This document shows, piece after piece, positions 21,190 through 33,076 of a stretch of DNA of 64,000 bases. Origin of the DNA: Rhodosorus marinus CCMP1338 (Eukaryota; Plantae; Rhodophyta). Every line of letters begins with the position of its first letter. The first letter of the stretch is position 1. Below the pieces are notes generated by a model. It did no database searches, was not told where the DNA came from, and was given only the letters and a program-made list of their open reading frames with translations. The stretch is from contig JAMWBK010000006.1 in NCBI GenBank assembly GCA_029953675.1, positions 682,001 to 746,000 on the forward strand, read 5' to 3'. A program made the translations under genes and the position numbers.

Positions 21190-23932
21190 GGGGTTGAGGA
21201 TGTCGGGAGATATCGATATGGGAACGTTGGTGGAGGCTCTCCGGGAATTACCCAAGGTCCCAGGAATTCTGGGAAGAGGTACATGTCGATATGGGCGGCG
21301 AATAAGGTGTTCCGGCCAGAGTTGGCACGACGGCGGTGAGCGGTCCAGGTGACAGTTTGTTCCCTGCGTTGAAGGGTACCTGGGACCGTCTGGTACGAGA
21401 TTATCTGGCCCGGCCAGAGGACCAGAGGGAGCTGATGTCAGCAGGTTTTAAAGGAGGGGCGCTCACCATCTTCAACAATATTGCGGCGACCAACATGGAT
21501 GCGGATGCAAACACGCTGTGGACACTCTTGAAGGCACAGCTATTCAATCACGCCCTCGTAAAAACGCCAGCGCGAAGCGTTTGAAAACTGTGTCCGGCAA
21601 GAGCGGAGGGAGTCCGCGCACGCGGTGTACGCGGAACGGTTGCGGGAGACAGCCTCAACGTTACCTGAGCCAGTATCGGAGGAACCCCAAACTGGGACTG
21701 GGTGGAGGACATCGGAAGACCACAGATTTCCGGCGCCTCAATTCGGTTACGGAACAGGATTCTTTTCCTTTGGAGGAAGTACGCACCGTGTTGGATTGGT
21801 TGGGGTCCAAGAGGGTCATATCAACAATGGACCTGAAAGGCAGCTTCTTCCAGGTTAAGTTGGCGGAAAATTCTAAACCACTAACTGCGGTTAGAACGCT
21901 AGTAGGTTTGCTTCAGTGTACGCGGGTGCCGTAAGGGTTGCGAAATTCTCCGACAACTCTCCAGCGGATTATCAACGAAACCCTGGGAGATCTGAAGGGC
22001 ACTTCAGCGTTATCGTATGTAGGACGATCTGAACGTAGGGTCAGAGGATGGTGCTGAGCATCTACGAGACTTGAGAAAGGTACTCTCAGGGTTGAAGGGC
22101 CGAGGTGTACGTTTAAATTTCCAAAAGTTTGGGGTTACGCTGTAAATGTGGCAAACGCCGAGTGGAGATCCTTGGACACGAGGTTGGTCCGGAAGGAGTA
22201 ATGCCTAACGAGGCATACCTAAAAGCAATCCGCGAGTTCCCAGAGCCCAACGATGGCGAATCCTTTCTTCGGTTTATCGGTACGTGTCGATTCTTCGAAC
22301 CATCTGTCTAGGAGGATACAACCTCTCTGCGAGGATTTAGCCGGGAGTTCATAGAGGAAGAAGAAACGAAGCAAGCGGCAGAAGGTTGTCATCGAAGATT
22401 TTGGGAAGCGTACGCAGTTGCAGAAGGACGCATTCGTTAGCCTGCATTCGGAGCTGTCAAATCCGGTTGTGTTGACATCGCTTGTGCCAGGAAGGGCAAA
22501 GGTGGTGGTATCAGTCAACTTCGACCAATTTCTTTCGCATCAAGGAAGTTTATTGAGGCGGAAACCAGATATGCAGTAAGTGAGAAGGAATGCTTGGGTG
22601 TAGTGTTCGCACTGAAGAAGTTCCGAGTGATGTTCTTGGTGAGCCGTTAAGGATTATCACAGACCCCCAGGCGTTGAAGTGGTTGTTGCCACTCCGGGAG
22701 CCTCGCAATCGACTTGCAAGGTCCGTCCTGGAAGTACAAGCGTTCGACCTCGAGTTTGAACACCGGTCCGGAGATCATCCGACCATGGTGGTAGCTGATG
22801 CGTTGCCCACAGTGCTCGAGGTTGTACGGAGTGTGAACGAGTATGTTCATCAGGTTTATTCAGAGCCTAACTACCCTGAGAAGCGAGAGACAAGACGCTG
22901 GTGACCCGAGCTTTTGGGATCTACCAACCAAGGATGAGCTTACGGAAGCTCAAGATCTGGAGTGCGGTTAGTCGAAACCATTCGTAACAGCCGAAGACAG
23001 GGCTGGGAAATTCATCGTCAACGAATATGGGTTGGTATGCGTGTGGAGAAGAATTGGTCACTGGTATTGGCTCCGGAAGTTTGCGGAGAACAGATTCTTC
23101 GCCATTTTCATGGTGCGAGCACAGTTGGCCATCCTGGCGTAGTAGGACGTTGGGCGGACTGCGGAGATATTTCTGGTGGAAGACTATGTCGAGTGACGTA
23201 GGAGATTATGTCCGTAAATGTCTAACGTGTGCTCCAGAGCGTCTTGTCAGGAACAGGCGACAAGGAAGGTTACAACTTGATCAGGTCAAACGTAGGTTCG
23301 AGATGGTGGCGGTGGACGTCGTCGAGATCAGTCCGGCTTCGGTCAGTGGAACTAGGAAGGCATTTGCGTGTATTTGTTCACGCGCTATGTTGTCGCAGAA
23401 CCTATGGCTACGGAGAACGCCGAAGTGTTGGCTAAAGTACTCTTGGAGAAGTGGTTCCTGATGTTTGGGCCACCAGAGTGTTTGTTGAGTGGCGGCGGTC
23501 CGGTGATGACAGCCACGATGCTGACTACGTTGTGTGGGCGACTTGGTATTTTCTCGTTCGGTGACCTCGGCGTTTCATCCAAGTACGAACGGTGCAGTCG
23601 AGAAGTTCAACTCTACTTTGTGTCGGGATATACGAGCGTTTGCTTTGAGATCGGAAAGGTGGGATGAACAGGTACGTCTAGCGTGTTTCAGGTACAACAC
23701 TACAGAGCATTCATCGACCAAGATGACACCCTACAAGGAGATGTTCGGAGTAGAAGCCTTTGATTTCGGAGTGGACTTCAACTTGGCGGTTCGACAGGAA
23801 GCGGAACCAACCCGAGAAGAGTTGGCGGAACACATGGAGGATCTACACCGGGAGTTATACGATCGCAGTTGGAAGGCCAAGAAAGCAACTGAAGTTAGCA
23901 AACTGGGCCTAGCTTCCTGGGAGCTAGCTTGA
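21190..23932 (+). mobile_element. Dead Ty3/gypsy LTR retrotransposon (gag fragment, RT, RNase H, integrase)
   Basis: Gag-like FKGGALTIF...YAERLRETASTLPEPVSEE; RT DFRRLNSVT..DSFPL, STMDLKGSFFQ, P*GLRNSP and YV-DD with a 1-nt insertion near 22021; RNase H PISFASRK...YAVSEKECLGVVFALKKF...IITDPQAL; integrase HGASTVGHPG...CLTC, VAVD, FHPSTNGAVEKFNSTL. The RT-RH-INT order defines gypsy. Many stops and frameshifts. Confidence 0.95.
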
Positions 23933-24752
23933 ACTCCCGTGTCCGTTCGCGACTCGTTACTTGATGGTCTCGTCGCTACACCGCGGTACCGCGGACATCA
24001 CCATGGCTGCCATAAACAGTTTACCCTGGAGCGCCAACCGATGCTGGAGTACTTCTATCAGCCCTCGTGCATCGCTTCGTCTCGCCCTTTCGGTAGATGG
24101 ACTGTGCTGGTGTCCACTGTTTGCGTGACTGCTTTGGGGATAAAGTCTCGCGTTGGTCAGCTTCGGACCAACGCGAGTTCTCACTCGACTCACGGAACGA
24201 CCCTCAGGAACAAGGGCAGCTGAACTCCGCCAATCTCGGGGTTGTCAGCTCTCGGCCATAAAGGTCTCGAACTTATTCGGCTGAAGGAGTTTACATTCGC
24301 TTAGGCGATGACTCATCCTACCCTTCGGGACTCAGGACATGAGGCGATAAGGCATCAGAGTTTAACCGAACCCTTTGGAATCGAGAATAGGACACGCGGA
24401 TCGGGCATCACGTGTGTTGCAAAACCGTTGAAATCAGGCGCATCATCGACATGATGCGGATAGGACATCCCATGTCAAGATGGGGCGTGCCTCATCTCCA
24501 CATTCGTGCTACGTAAGTCGTTTGCTCCTCTCAACTATTTTAGACTTGTTCTTACATCGAATGAATTCTTTCAACCCCTTGGGTGGGGATACCGTTTCTT
24601 AAAAGTTATTGAATAACGGAATATACTTTCTATCCAGAAGGATTAGCGGAGGGAAAGTCGGGGCGAGAATACGAAATCGAAACTGAAATTGTGTGGATTC
24701 CTCCTTGAGGAATTTACTGACGGGTTGAGACCTGGAGGAATTCAGGACTTCC

Positions 24753-25815
24753 TTGAGCGGAACTGTTTCCCCTCTATCCATCTCCCTGCGTGATCACCCA
24801 CCAAATAGTGCAGCCAGGGTTACTATTCGAATCGCAACGGGTAGGGCTGCCCGCTGCACCTTGAAAGCTGAGGATCCGAACCTGGCAAACTGGGCGTGGA
24901 AATCAAGTGGTTACGAGACAACGTATTGCTTTGATTCTTCTTCGAGAACGTTGCTCCTTCGAACTGCTGCCTCGCATTAAATTACGTTCTTGTCAACCCT
25001 TGATATTGCCAGGTCTTTGCTGGGCTTTGGCTTGTATCCCGCGCGGATACTGGACATCAGACAAGCATTGGACAGTCGTTAGAAAGCAATCTATGACACA
25101 GAGCAAAAATACTCTGACTTCGACCTATATCATCTACTGCTGCAATGATTTTGAGGCACGATCAGCGAACATTCGGGGTCTGCGTCCGCCCCGTTACACG
25201 ACGCCAGCTATTTTGCTGATGTGAAACAGGAGTTTGCGTCTCTTAGAGACGCTCGTTGTCGGGAAATGCCAAGGTTTCTCGGGACCTTAGGATGTATGGA
25301 GACTGCTCCGACCGTCTATACTTATTGTTTGAAGCTAACAGAACGCCCATCGTCTCACACAGCAGGTCACGGAAAGTCGGTCCCTTTGAACTTTCCAACA
25401 CAAACCTCAGTTTGCAAGTAGTCTCCACAGGGCCCACACATTCCCTAAGGTATCGCACGCAAGTGCAGTGTCGTGGGTTCTAACAACCAAGATGAACGAT
25501 CGCAACGGCTGACGACAGACTTCAGTATCCCGATGCCAAGCATTGTTGAAACTGCAATTTGGCGGGAACTAGCGGCCCAGGAAAACGGGCGTTGTAAGAC
25601 CTTCAAATCAGCTTATATCAATCTCGAGGTGTTCGAATAACCTTTTTGAAACGAGGATTATCAAGAGCATTCCTGTAATAGTTGCAACCCCACTCAAGTG
25701 TGCTTCCCAGGGGTTTCGGCGGGTTTACCGGAAGACGAAGCTGAACATGAGCTTTGGTTGGCGGGGAGAAACGGGAACGCCAACACAGCTCCGCCTTCTA
25801 GACTACCACCGGCAT
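24753..25815 (+). pseudogene. Decayed long reading frame of unknown family
   Basis: ORFs 24753-24980 and 25221-25421 share one frame, and protein-like text continues between and after them (FLSTLDIARSLLGFGLYPARILDIRQALD, IVETAIWRELAAQENGRCKTFKSAYINLEVF). About 9 stops in ~350 codons versus ~16 expected for random sequence. Confidence 0.25.
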
Positions 25816-26247
25816 GAAGAGGAGGGTTGAAGCCTTCCTCTTTGGTGTATCTGGACAACACAAATTCCGCAGACAGTAATGAGATTTCTGTACCATCACC
25901 GCGTTCCGACGGCCTTTCCTGCCGACACTGCCTGAGGCAACGAAGAGCCAACCTCCAGTTCACGCCATGAAGAACGGATTTATTCGACATCGCGCGGATC
26001 TGGGTTTCTATCCCAATCGGTGCTCCAAACCCCGGCATGAAGAGGAGGGTTGAAGCAATTCTCCTTGGTGTATCCCCACAACGCAATTTCCGCAGACTAC
26101 TATAACATTTCTGTGTAATCACCACGTTCCGAGGGCATTTCCTGCCTACGCTGCCTGAGGCAACGAGGAGCCAACCTCCAGTTCAATCCATGAGGAACGG
26201 ATTTGTTCGACATCGCGAGGAGCTGGGTTTCTATCCCCATCGGTACT
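25805..26247. repeat. Tandem duplication, 2 x ~223 bp, roughly 80% identical
   Basis: CCGGCATGAAGAGGAGGGTTGAAGC at 25809 and 26032; CTGCCTGAGGCAACGA(A/G)GAGCCAACCTCCAGTTCA and CTGGGTTTCTATCCC(A/C)ATCGGT are present in both copies. Confidence 0.95.
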
Positions 26248-28359
26248 GAGGAACATAATCCTTACCAGTTACGTAGTCATAAACAGATTCTCATGGTGCC
26301 GTAGAATTTGCAACCGTAAGCTTGACTGGGCAGCTGCCTACTGTTGCGCAACAATGGAGCATGTTCAACTCTCATGTGGCTTGCTCATCCGATCAACCAA
26401 TGCAAAGTTTGGCGTGGAACCCAGACGGCACTCGCATTAGGAACGCCAACAAAATCCGGTACGATTCTCCTAATCTCGATAACCCGGAGATACCTTAGAG
26501 CCATAAAACGTTCACAAGAAAAAGCAGAAAAACTTAAAAAATATGAAGAAATTCTATCTCAACTAATACAGTTCAAACCATGAGCTACTACACTTGATGA
26601 GGTCTGACAGTTGATATCCAAGAAGTACCGGGGAGGGGGCGGGAGGGGGAAGGCATTGGGTATCGGATCTGCTCAGAACTGCCATGTTCTGTGATAAAAG
26701 GAGATTTTCTGAAGGGGGAGTTACTGTTTTTGGTTTGATTTCCGTAGATGGTGGAAATCAAGAAGCGAATGGGGGTCAGTCTCCCGCTACATATTAGTAC
26801 TTGAACAATTCTGTTTTTTAGAACATTTTTTTTGTGGAATCCCAGTATCGACATGGAAACTTTGACTTAGAACGGGGTGCGTCTTATCATGATCTATGTA
26901 CTTGCGAAGTTTTCTTTGGCAGTGGAATCATCCTAACCGTTTTTCCACCGCCCTTGGAAGAGCTCCTAGGTAGGAAGATTAAAAGGCGAGGGGCCGAACT
27001 TGAAAATGGTGTTTCTATTTTTCTGAATAAATAAATAAATCTTTGGGCCTATTTCCAAACTCACCCTTCGAGGTAGGGGTGGTACTGTTACCTAGCTATT
27101 CTATATGCGAAAGATATCTTGTAGAACACAGAATAGCGTGGGGGGGGGGGGTGGGATGGGGGTGTGGAGAAAAGCGAAAGCGGAGGATATGAAAATTCTT
27201 GTGTGAGATACTACATTTGTGGAAGGGAAAAGGGGGTGGAGGAGGAGTTTTGTATTCAGTTATCCAGAGTTTTAGAACATTTTAGACAGGATTTTTCCAT
27301 ATTGTCCAAACAAATCTAACAATGCTTACCCACCCCTGGAACCGTTCGTTTCTGGTCTGTGTGAGAAGGTGTTGGGATGCGGTTGCACTAGGAGGGGAGG
27401 GGCGTAATAGTTACGGGGGGTTGTGGACTAGGAGGCGGTACGCGATGCTGCTCTTTTGGCGTGAATTTTTACTTCGAGAAAAGAAGAAAGATGCAGCTTT
27501 TTTGGAAAGGGGTAGTTTTTAGGGGGTATTGATGTTTTCGAGTTTTCGCGGGTACTTGCAGAGGTCGCTTCGGCAATTTTCTTGGGGAGGAGTTTTGTTG
27601 AAAGAGGGGGAGTCGCGCCGGCCGTGGGGAGGGTTAAGCTTTTGTGTGAAAGTATGCTTGGCTGTTTCGTTTGCGGTTGTAAGTTTCTCAGAGGGGAAGA
27701 GGAAAGGGAGGGTTGGGGGTGGGGGGTGGGTGGGGTTGGGTTGGGGTGGGTGGGGTGGGGACTGGAAGAGGAAGGAAACGGTGTAGGTGAAGAAAACGAT
27801 TATTTAGGTTGAAAGTTCTGGTCGTGTGCAGTTGTATTTTTTTTTTTGGAGTATGACGGCGGAGTTGTTTTAGGAGGTGCATTGGAGTTGATGGGGGAAA
27901 GAGTAAGGGAATGGTTCACTAGGGCCCCCTTGTTCAGAGGAATCGTGGCTTGAGTTTGTGGCGAGCGGAATCGGCGTGGCTTCTTGTTTGGCTTTCACGC
28001 TGGTCTGTGAGGTGATGTGAGGATTGACGAGTTTACACCGGATTGATTAGGGACGGACTGGTCGGGGAACGTGGAAAAAACAGCGGACGAAGGATCTGCT
28101 CGCTGAAGCTAGGTTCAAGGAACTTGCTTGCGTGGTTTCTGCCCTTCGATTGTGAACAGGGCTAGATCGAAATTTAATTAGCTGAGTCGTAGTCGAGGCT
28201 TGGTCAAAGCTGGTGGTGGTGGACATGCCAACGATCGAGTAATTTGTGCGTGGACCTTGTGGACGTTTTACATGTTCGATTTTGGCATTGAAGTGCATCG
28301 CGGAGCGGCTTGCAAGGAAAGTAATTTCGTTTTTTGACTAACAGTAGGGAGTTGTCAAT

Positions 28360-30823
28360 ATGCCTTGGGTTTCTTCAACTAGAGAACCGCTTCAAAACGC
28401 ACAAGCAGGAAATCAAGAGGCCTTGAGCGGGCGGGAGCCCTCGGAGTCGGTTTTGGCGGTGAATAAGGTGCCTGGTGGGCATGCGACGCATGCTGGGGAT
28501 GTTTACCAGCAAGGGGGTGCAAATACGTTGAATGAGTTCGGGGAGGTCGTAAGCTTCGTGCGAGTAGTAAAGGGCGAGCTGCCAAGGGCGGAGGAGAAGG
28601 AACCAGTGCAGTTGAGGACGGAGCGGACGCTAAACGCCAAACCGCATGAAGTCTCGTTCAGTGAGAGTGTCGAGAAGGAAGAATCCTCAGCAGAGAGTTA
28701 CCACGGTCAAGTTCCCGACCGAAGCTCAACCGCTTCCGCCCCTCCCGACTTTGAGATGACCTCTAGGGCTTTGTTTGGGTTTATGGTAAGTTTGCATTTC
28801 AACATGACGCTTTTTTCTAGAGTCGTGGTGCTTGTACCAACATCCCTTGCGTTGTATTGTTTTTGCAATTTCATAGGAAGGGTATTCGACTGCATTCACT
28901 GATGGTCGACAACAGCAAAATATCTCGGATCCGAACTACAATGCTCTGAAGGAGGTTAACGATCCTGACGATCTGAGCGCCCAGTCCCGAGGGCTGTCTG
29001 CGAAGTTCTCGCAACTTGCAGTAGCGGACCAACCTAGGCTGAGGAGAGAGGACAGTGATGCGTCAGTTGAGGACTTAATCAACCGCGCAAGGATGCCACC
29101 TTTGCACTCGTCGGGCCTTGCGCGAGATGATTCTGAGCTGTCCCTGAGCTCTCTTGCACATGTGCCGGACTCAAGTGGAAGCGACCTATTCGTACGAGAT
29201 CGGGCACAAATTGCTGCCGATGGAGATGTGGTCAAAGCAAATATTCGAGGGATCTCAACATTGCCTCCTGCTCCGTCAATGCTGAACAGTGAGATGTGGA
29301 AACAGCAACCTCAATCTGCATTGGATGGAACGTCGGCAAGGAACGACGGCAGCGGGGCGAAACTTCCTGCACAGAACGCTGGAAACTACTTTGAGAATCC
29401 AGCTGAACATGCGATGCCAAGCTACGGTTCGCAGTTTGCTCCGTTTCAGCCGATTCATACGCCTTGGATGCCAAATGGAATGTCGTTTGGTAGAGGGCAA
29501 GTAGAGACATTCAGGCCGGCCTTTCCAGCGGCAGTCCTTCCATACACCTCGTCGAAAGCCACTCCCAGCGCATACGAGGCAAACGGATTAATTCCGGGCT
29601 ACAACGGCATTCCTGTGGAACCAAACCCTTCGCTTAGGGCCGAGCACCCGAACTTTGGGCGGAGTGTACAGAGATCAAGTCCGAAGGCTCCTGAGCAGAC
29701 AGTGTTTGACAATCACCGAGGGCGAGGACCTCTGTATAACAGCAACCACGCTGGTTCCATGCCGAGACCCCAAAAGGTTGCAGGTCTCAATTCGACAAGC
29801 GCGAGTAGCACGTTGAAGCTCAACCACTTTTCCGAGGCTGTCGGACGCGTCAAGGAGTTGGCCAGAGATCAACACGGTTGCAGATATCTTCAAACCAAGC
29901 TGGAAGAGGGCAATAAGCAGTACACGAGTATTATATTTGAGGAGTGCTTTGATGAATTTGTGGATCTGATGGTTGACCCGTTTGGGAACTATTTGTGTCA
30001 GAAGCTGTTCGAGCATTGCGACGACTCTCAGCGGTTGATGTTGATCGAGTTCTGTGCACATTCACTGGCCAGAGTATCCGCCAATATGCATGGGACGAGG
30101 GCAGTGCAGCGGATGGTAGAATGCTTTTCAACTGAAGAGCAGATCACAACTGCGTGCAGTGCGCTTGCACCGTCAGCAGTGTTGCTGATGAAGGATATCA
30201 ATGGAAACCATGTGATCCAAAGATGCCTCCACAGAATGGATTCAAAGCACAACCAGTTCGTCTATGACGCCGTTGCTGGGAACTGCCTGGATCTTGCGAC
30301 GCACAGACATGGCTGTTGCGTAATGCAGAGATGCATCGATCACGCGTCTCCGGCGCAACGGGATCAACTAGTTTCTCAGGTTACCAGCAATGCGCTGCTA
30401 CTAGTGCAGAATCCGTACGGGAACTATGTAGTTCAGTACGTACTCGAGCTGGGCGACATTGGCTACACGATGGAGATTATCAAGCGGCTGCAAGGACATG
30501 TTGGAGAGCTGTCAACACAAAAGTTTTCGTCTAATGTTGTTGAGAAGTGTCTTCAACAAGGCAACGCGGAAACTCGCAGCATTTTGATTGAAGAGCTAAT
30601 CTCCGATTCTGACATGATAGGGAGGCTTCTGCACGACGCATATGGGAACTACGTCATACAGAGGTCTCTTCAGCTCGCGAGGTCTCCCCAGCTTGAAGCG
30701 CTTTGTGAAGCGATTCGTCCACACCTTCCTTCGCTGAAATCTTCCCCGTATGGGAAGCGTATTCAGAGCAAGATTCTGAAGCGATTCCCGAAGAACCGGG
30801 ATCGGGAGGAGTTCAGCATGTAA
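28360..30823 (+). CDS. Pumilio/PUF RNA-binding protein, Puf4/Puf5-like repeat code
   Basis: Exon 28360-28785, intron 28786-28915, exon to 30823 (phase 0). Eight PUF repeats with recognition motifs CRxxQ, NYxxQ, TRxxQ, NHxxQ, CCxxQ, NYxxQ, SNxxE, NYxxQ, after a long low-complexity N-terminus. Confidence 0.95.
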
Positions 30824-32483
30824 TTTGATTTTGACTGTGGTTACCTCGATGAGGCGATGGCGGTAGTCTCTGAGAGAGAATATGTACGTAATTTCGATGT
30901 GTGCGTGGGGAATACTGTTCAGTGGGGCTTTCGGTTCTGGCTCCTTCGACAGACTGAACGAACAACGATGCGTCGTAAGAGGATAGGCGCTGACCTGTAA
31001 CATAGTAGGCAATGATTTTGGGGTCGCGGAGAGTAGTGGACAACAGGAGAAAGCTCGCTTCGTCGAGATGGATGTGTAGTGGACAGCCGAACTGTTTTGT
31101 GGGGATTCGAGCTGGTTGCTGTCTTGACCGTGTTTCCTGAGTGTGCTCTCACAAGCAATCAAATTGTTAAGAAATTGGTTCAGGGTCTATTGTAGCATTT
31201 GTAAAGTTGGTGCTACTTCGTAGCATAACCGGAGGTAACAGTTTTAAACCGGATACGAGAAAACACTAGGGTTTATTTTTCGGAAAGTCATAAAGCTAAG
31301 GAAACAATTAGTTCAGCTCGAATGGCAGCATGCAACTGCTCTTAGATCGAGGCGGGTAATTCCGTATCTCTGAGTGTTGGAACCTCGTATTGAGTGAGGC
31401 GACCTGCTCTTCTCCTCGGCGCAGTCGACTCTGCACGCGCACCGTCCCCCGCGAAGACCTGAGAAGATCTACTCTTGCCTTTCTGAAACCCCGCCCATCC
31501 CCAAAAGCGGGTAGCTCTTACAAGGGGAGGGGGAAAGGCCAAGTAGTCCATAAGCGGCATGAGCTTCGTGGGAAGGATTCAAGAAAGCTAACGCTCGGAC
31601 CGCCACAAGCCTGCAGCTGTGGCATGGATTGGTTGCGCGCAAGAATTCAAGGGATCCCCGTGCAAAGCCGATATTGTTCGTTAAACCAAAAACCGCCCAC
31701 AACGGCTCTTGTTTTCAAGCATTTCCAAAAAATACCAAAAAAGGGCCGCCCTGCAAATGATCTTCTGAAAGATACACTTTTTTCTCACTATTCCACCCCC
31801 ACCTCAACCCCCACATACTCCCAATCCTCGCCCTCCTGTTTTTTCTATTCCCAAAACTATTTCAATAAAAGTTAAAAACGTCCCAATCGGTGTGCGGGTA
31901 GAAGCGTGGAGGAGGGGGGGGAGTGAAAAGGTGGTACCGACAACCCTGGATTCGCTACATCCCATGGTTTACAACCTTAGTAGCCCTTGAACCAATACTG
32001 TATTTTATATCGTCTAAACAATCAAAGCAACTTCACTATCACCCCCTAGGTCGTACCGAAGAACCTAATAAATACATCATTTAAACAAACAAATAAAATC
32101 TACCCCCCATAAATAAAACTATTTGATGTATTTGAAAACTCGGTATGAACTTGAATTAGATTAGTTATTTGAAATCCCGAAATATTTTTGGGGATTTTGA
32201 ATTTTGGGGTTGAGGGAAAGGAGAGGGGAAAGGGGGGTGGGGGAATGGAATAGTGGCGTTTTCTTAGGGGTTAATACAAAAGAAAAAGAGGTCAAAATGG
32301 TTGAAAAAACGTCTCTTTCTTTGAGCGTGTTTTGGGGGAGGTTTCGGGGAAGGTTGCAAGTTGGAAGTCATATAAGCATATTGGAAAAGCCTGCGAAGTT
32401 CTGTGTTTAAGTAGGGGAACCGCTTCGGAGGTGGAGGAGGTTGTGATGATGAGGATAGGGTCGCTGTGGGGGTTGGGGGGTGG

Positions 32484-32513
32484 GTGTGTGTGTGTGGGTG
32501 TGTGTGTGTGTGG

Positions 32514-32572
<59 letters not shown>
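32484..32572. repeat. (TG)n microsatellite with TGG interruptions
   Basis: About 44 TG units, in the upstream region of the gene starting at 33077. Confidence 0.98.
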
Positions 32573-32578
<6 letters not shown>

Positions 32579-33076
32579 ATAGAGGAGAGGAGAGAGAAGG
32601 TCCTGTGTTTGCTTGTTTTTTAGGGTGGGTTCGTGGTGGCATTGGTTTTTTTGTTTGAACGGGGTAAAGGGAGTTCAGGTTGGGGGGGGATTGAACGCGA
32701 GGTTTTCCTGAGGAGGATGAACTCGAGGAGGTAGAGGAGCAATTGAGGAAGGTTTCGGGGGGTGGATTAGGGAAGGATGATGTCGTTTGGCATGTTGATG
32801 TAACGAGCGAGCCTGGTCTTGCGGTTGCGGCTTTGTTCTTGGATTTGGCAGGAAAATTTTGAAAGGCTTGGACGTTGTGGGGGCGGTTTCAATTGGCGTT
32901 TTGCGGTTTGAACTGAGGGTCGTCACTTTCCTGGGTTCGCTGGCAGCAGTTCTTCGGGGATTTTTTGGGTTTGTCGCTATTCGGGAAGGTTTTCAGTTTA
33001 CAGTGCCTGAAGGAGGTGGATTGAAGTTTTCTTCCTGCTGCGCAACGTGTTGAGAGGCTTGTATAGACACATTGCG

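Noticed and set aside
23981-23994. 14-bp palindrome CCGCGGTACCGCGG
   Set aside because: About four perfect 7-pair palindromes are expected by chance in 64 kb.
20590-24480. LTR pair for the gypsy element (TGTCA at 20590 and 24243; CATGAGGCGATA at 20692 and 24338)
   Set aside because: Only short matches with inconsistent offsets, and no PBS or target-site duplication identified, so element boundaries are left undefined.
32292-32658. His/Thr-repeat and Cys/Val-repeat ORFs
   Set aside because: Translations of the (TG)n microsatellite.
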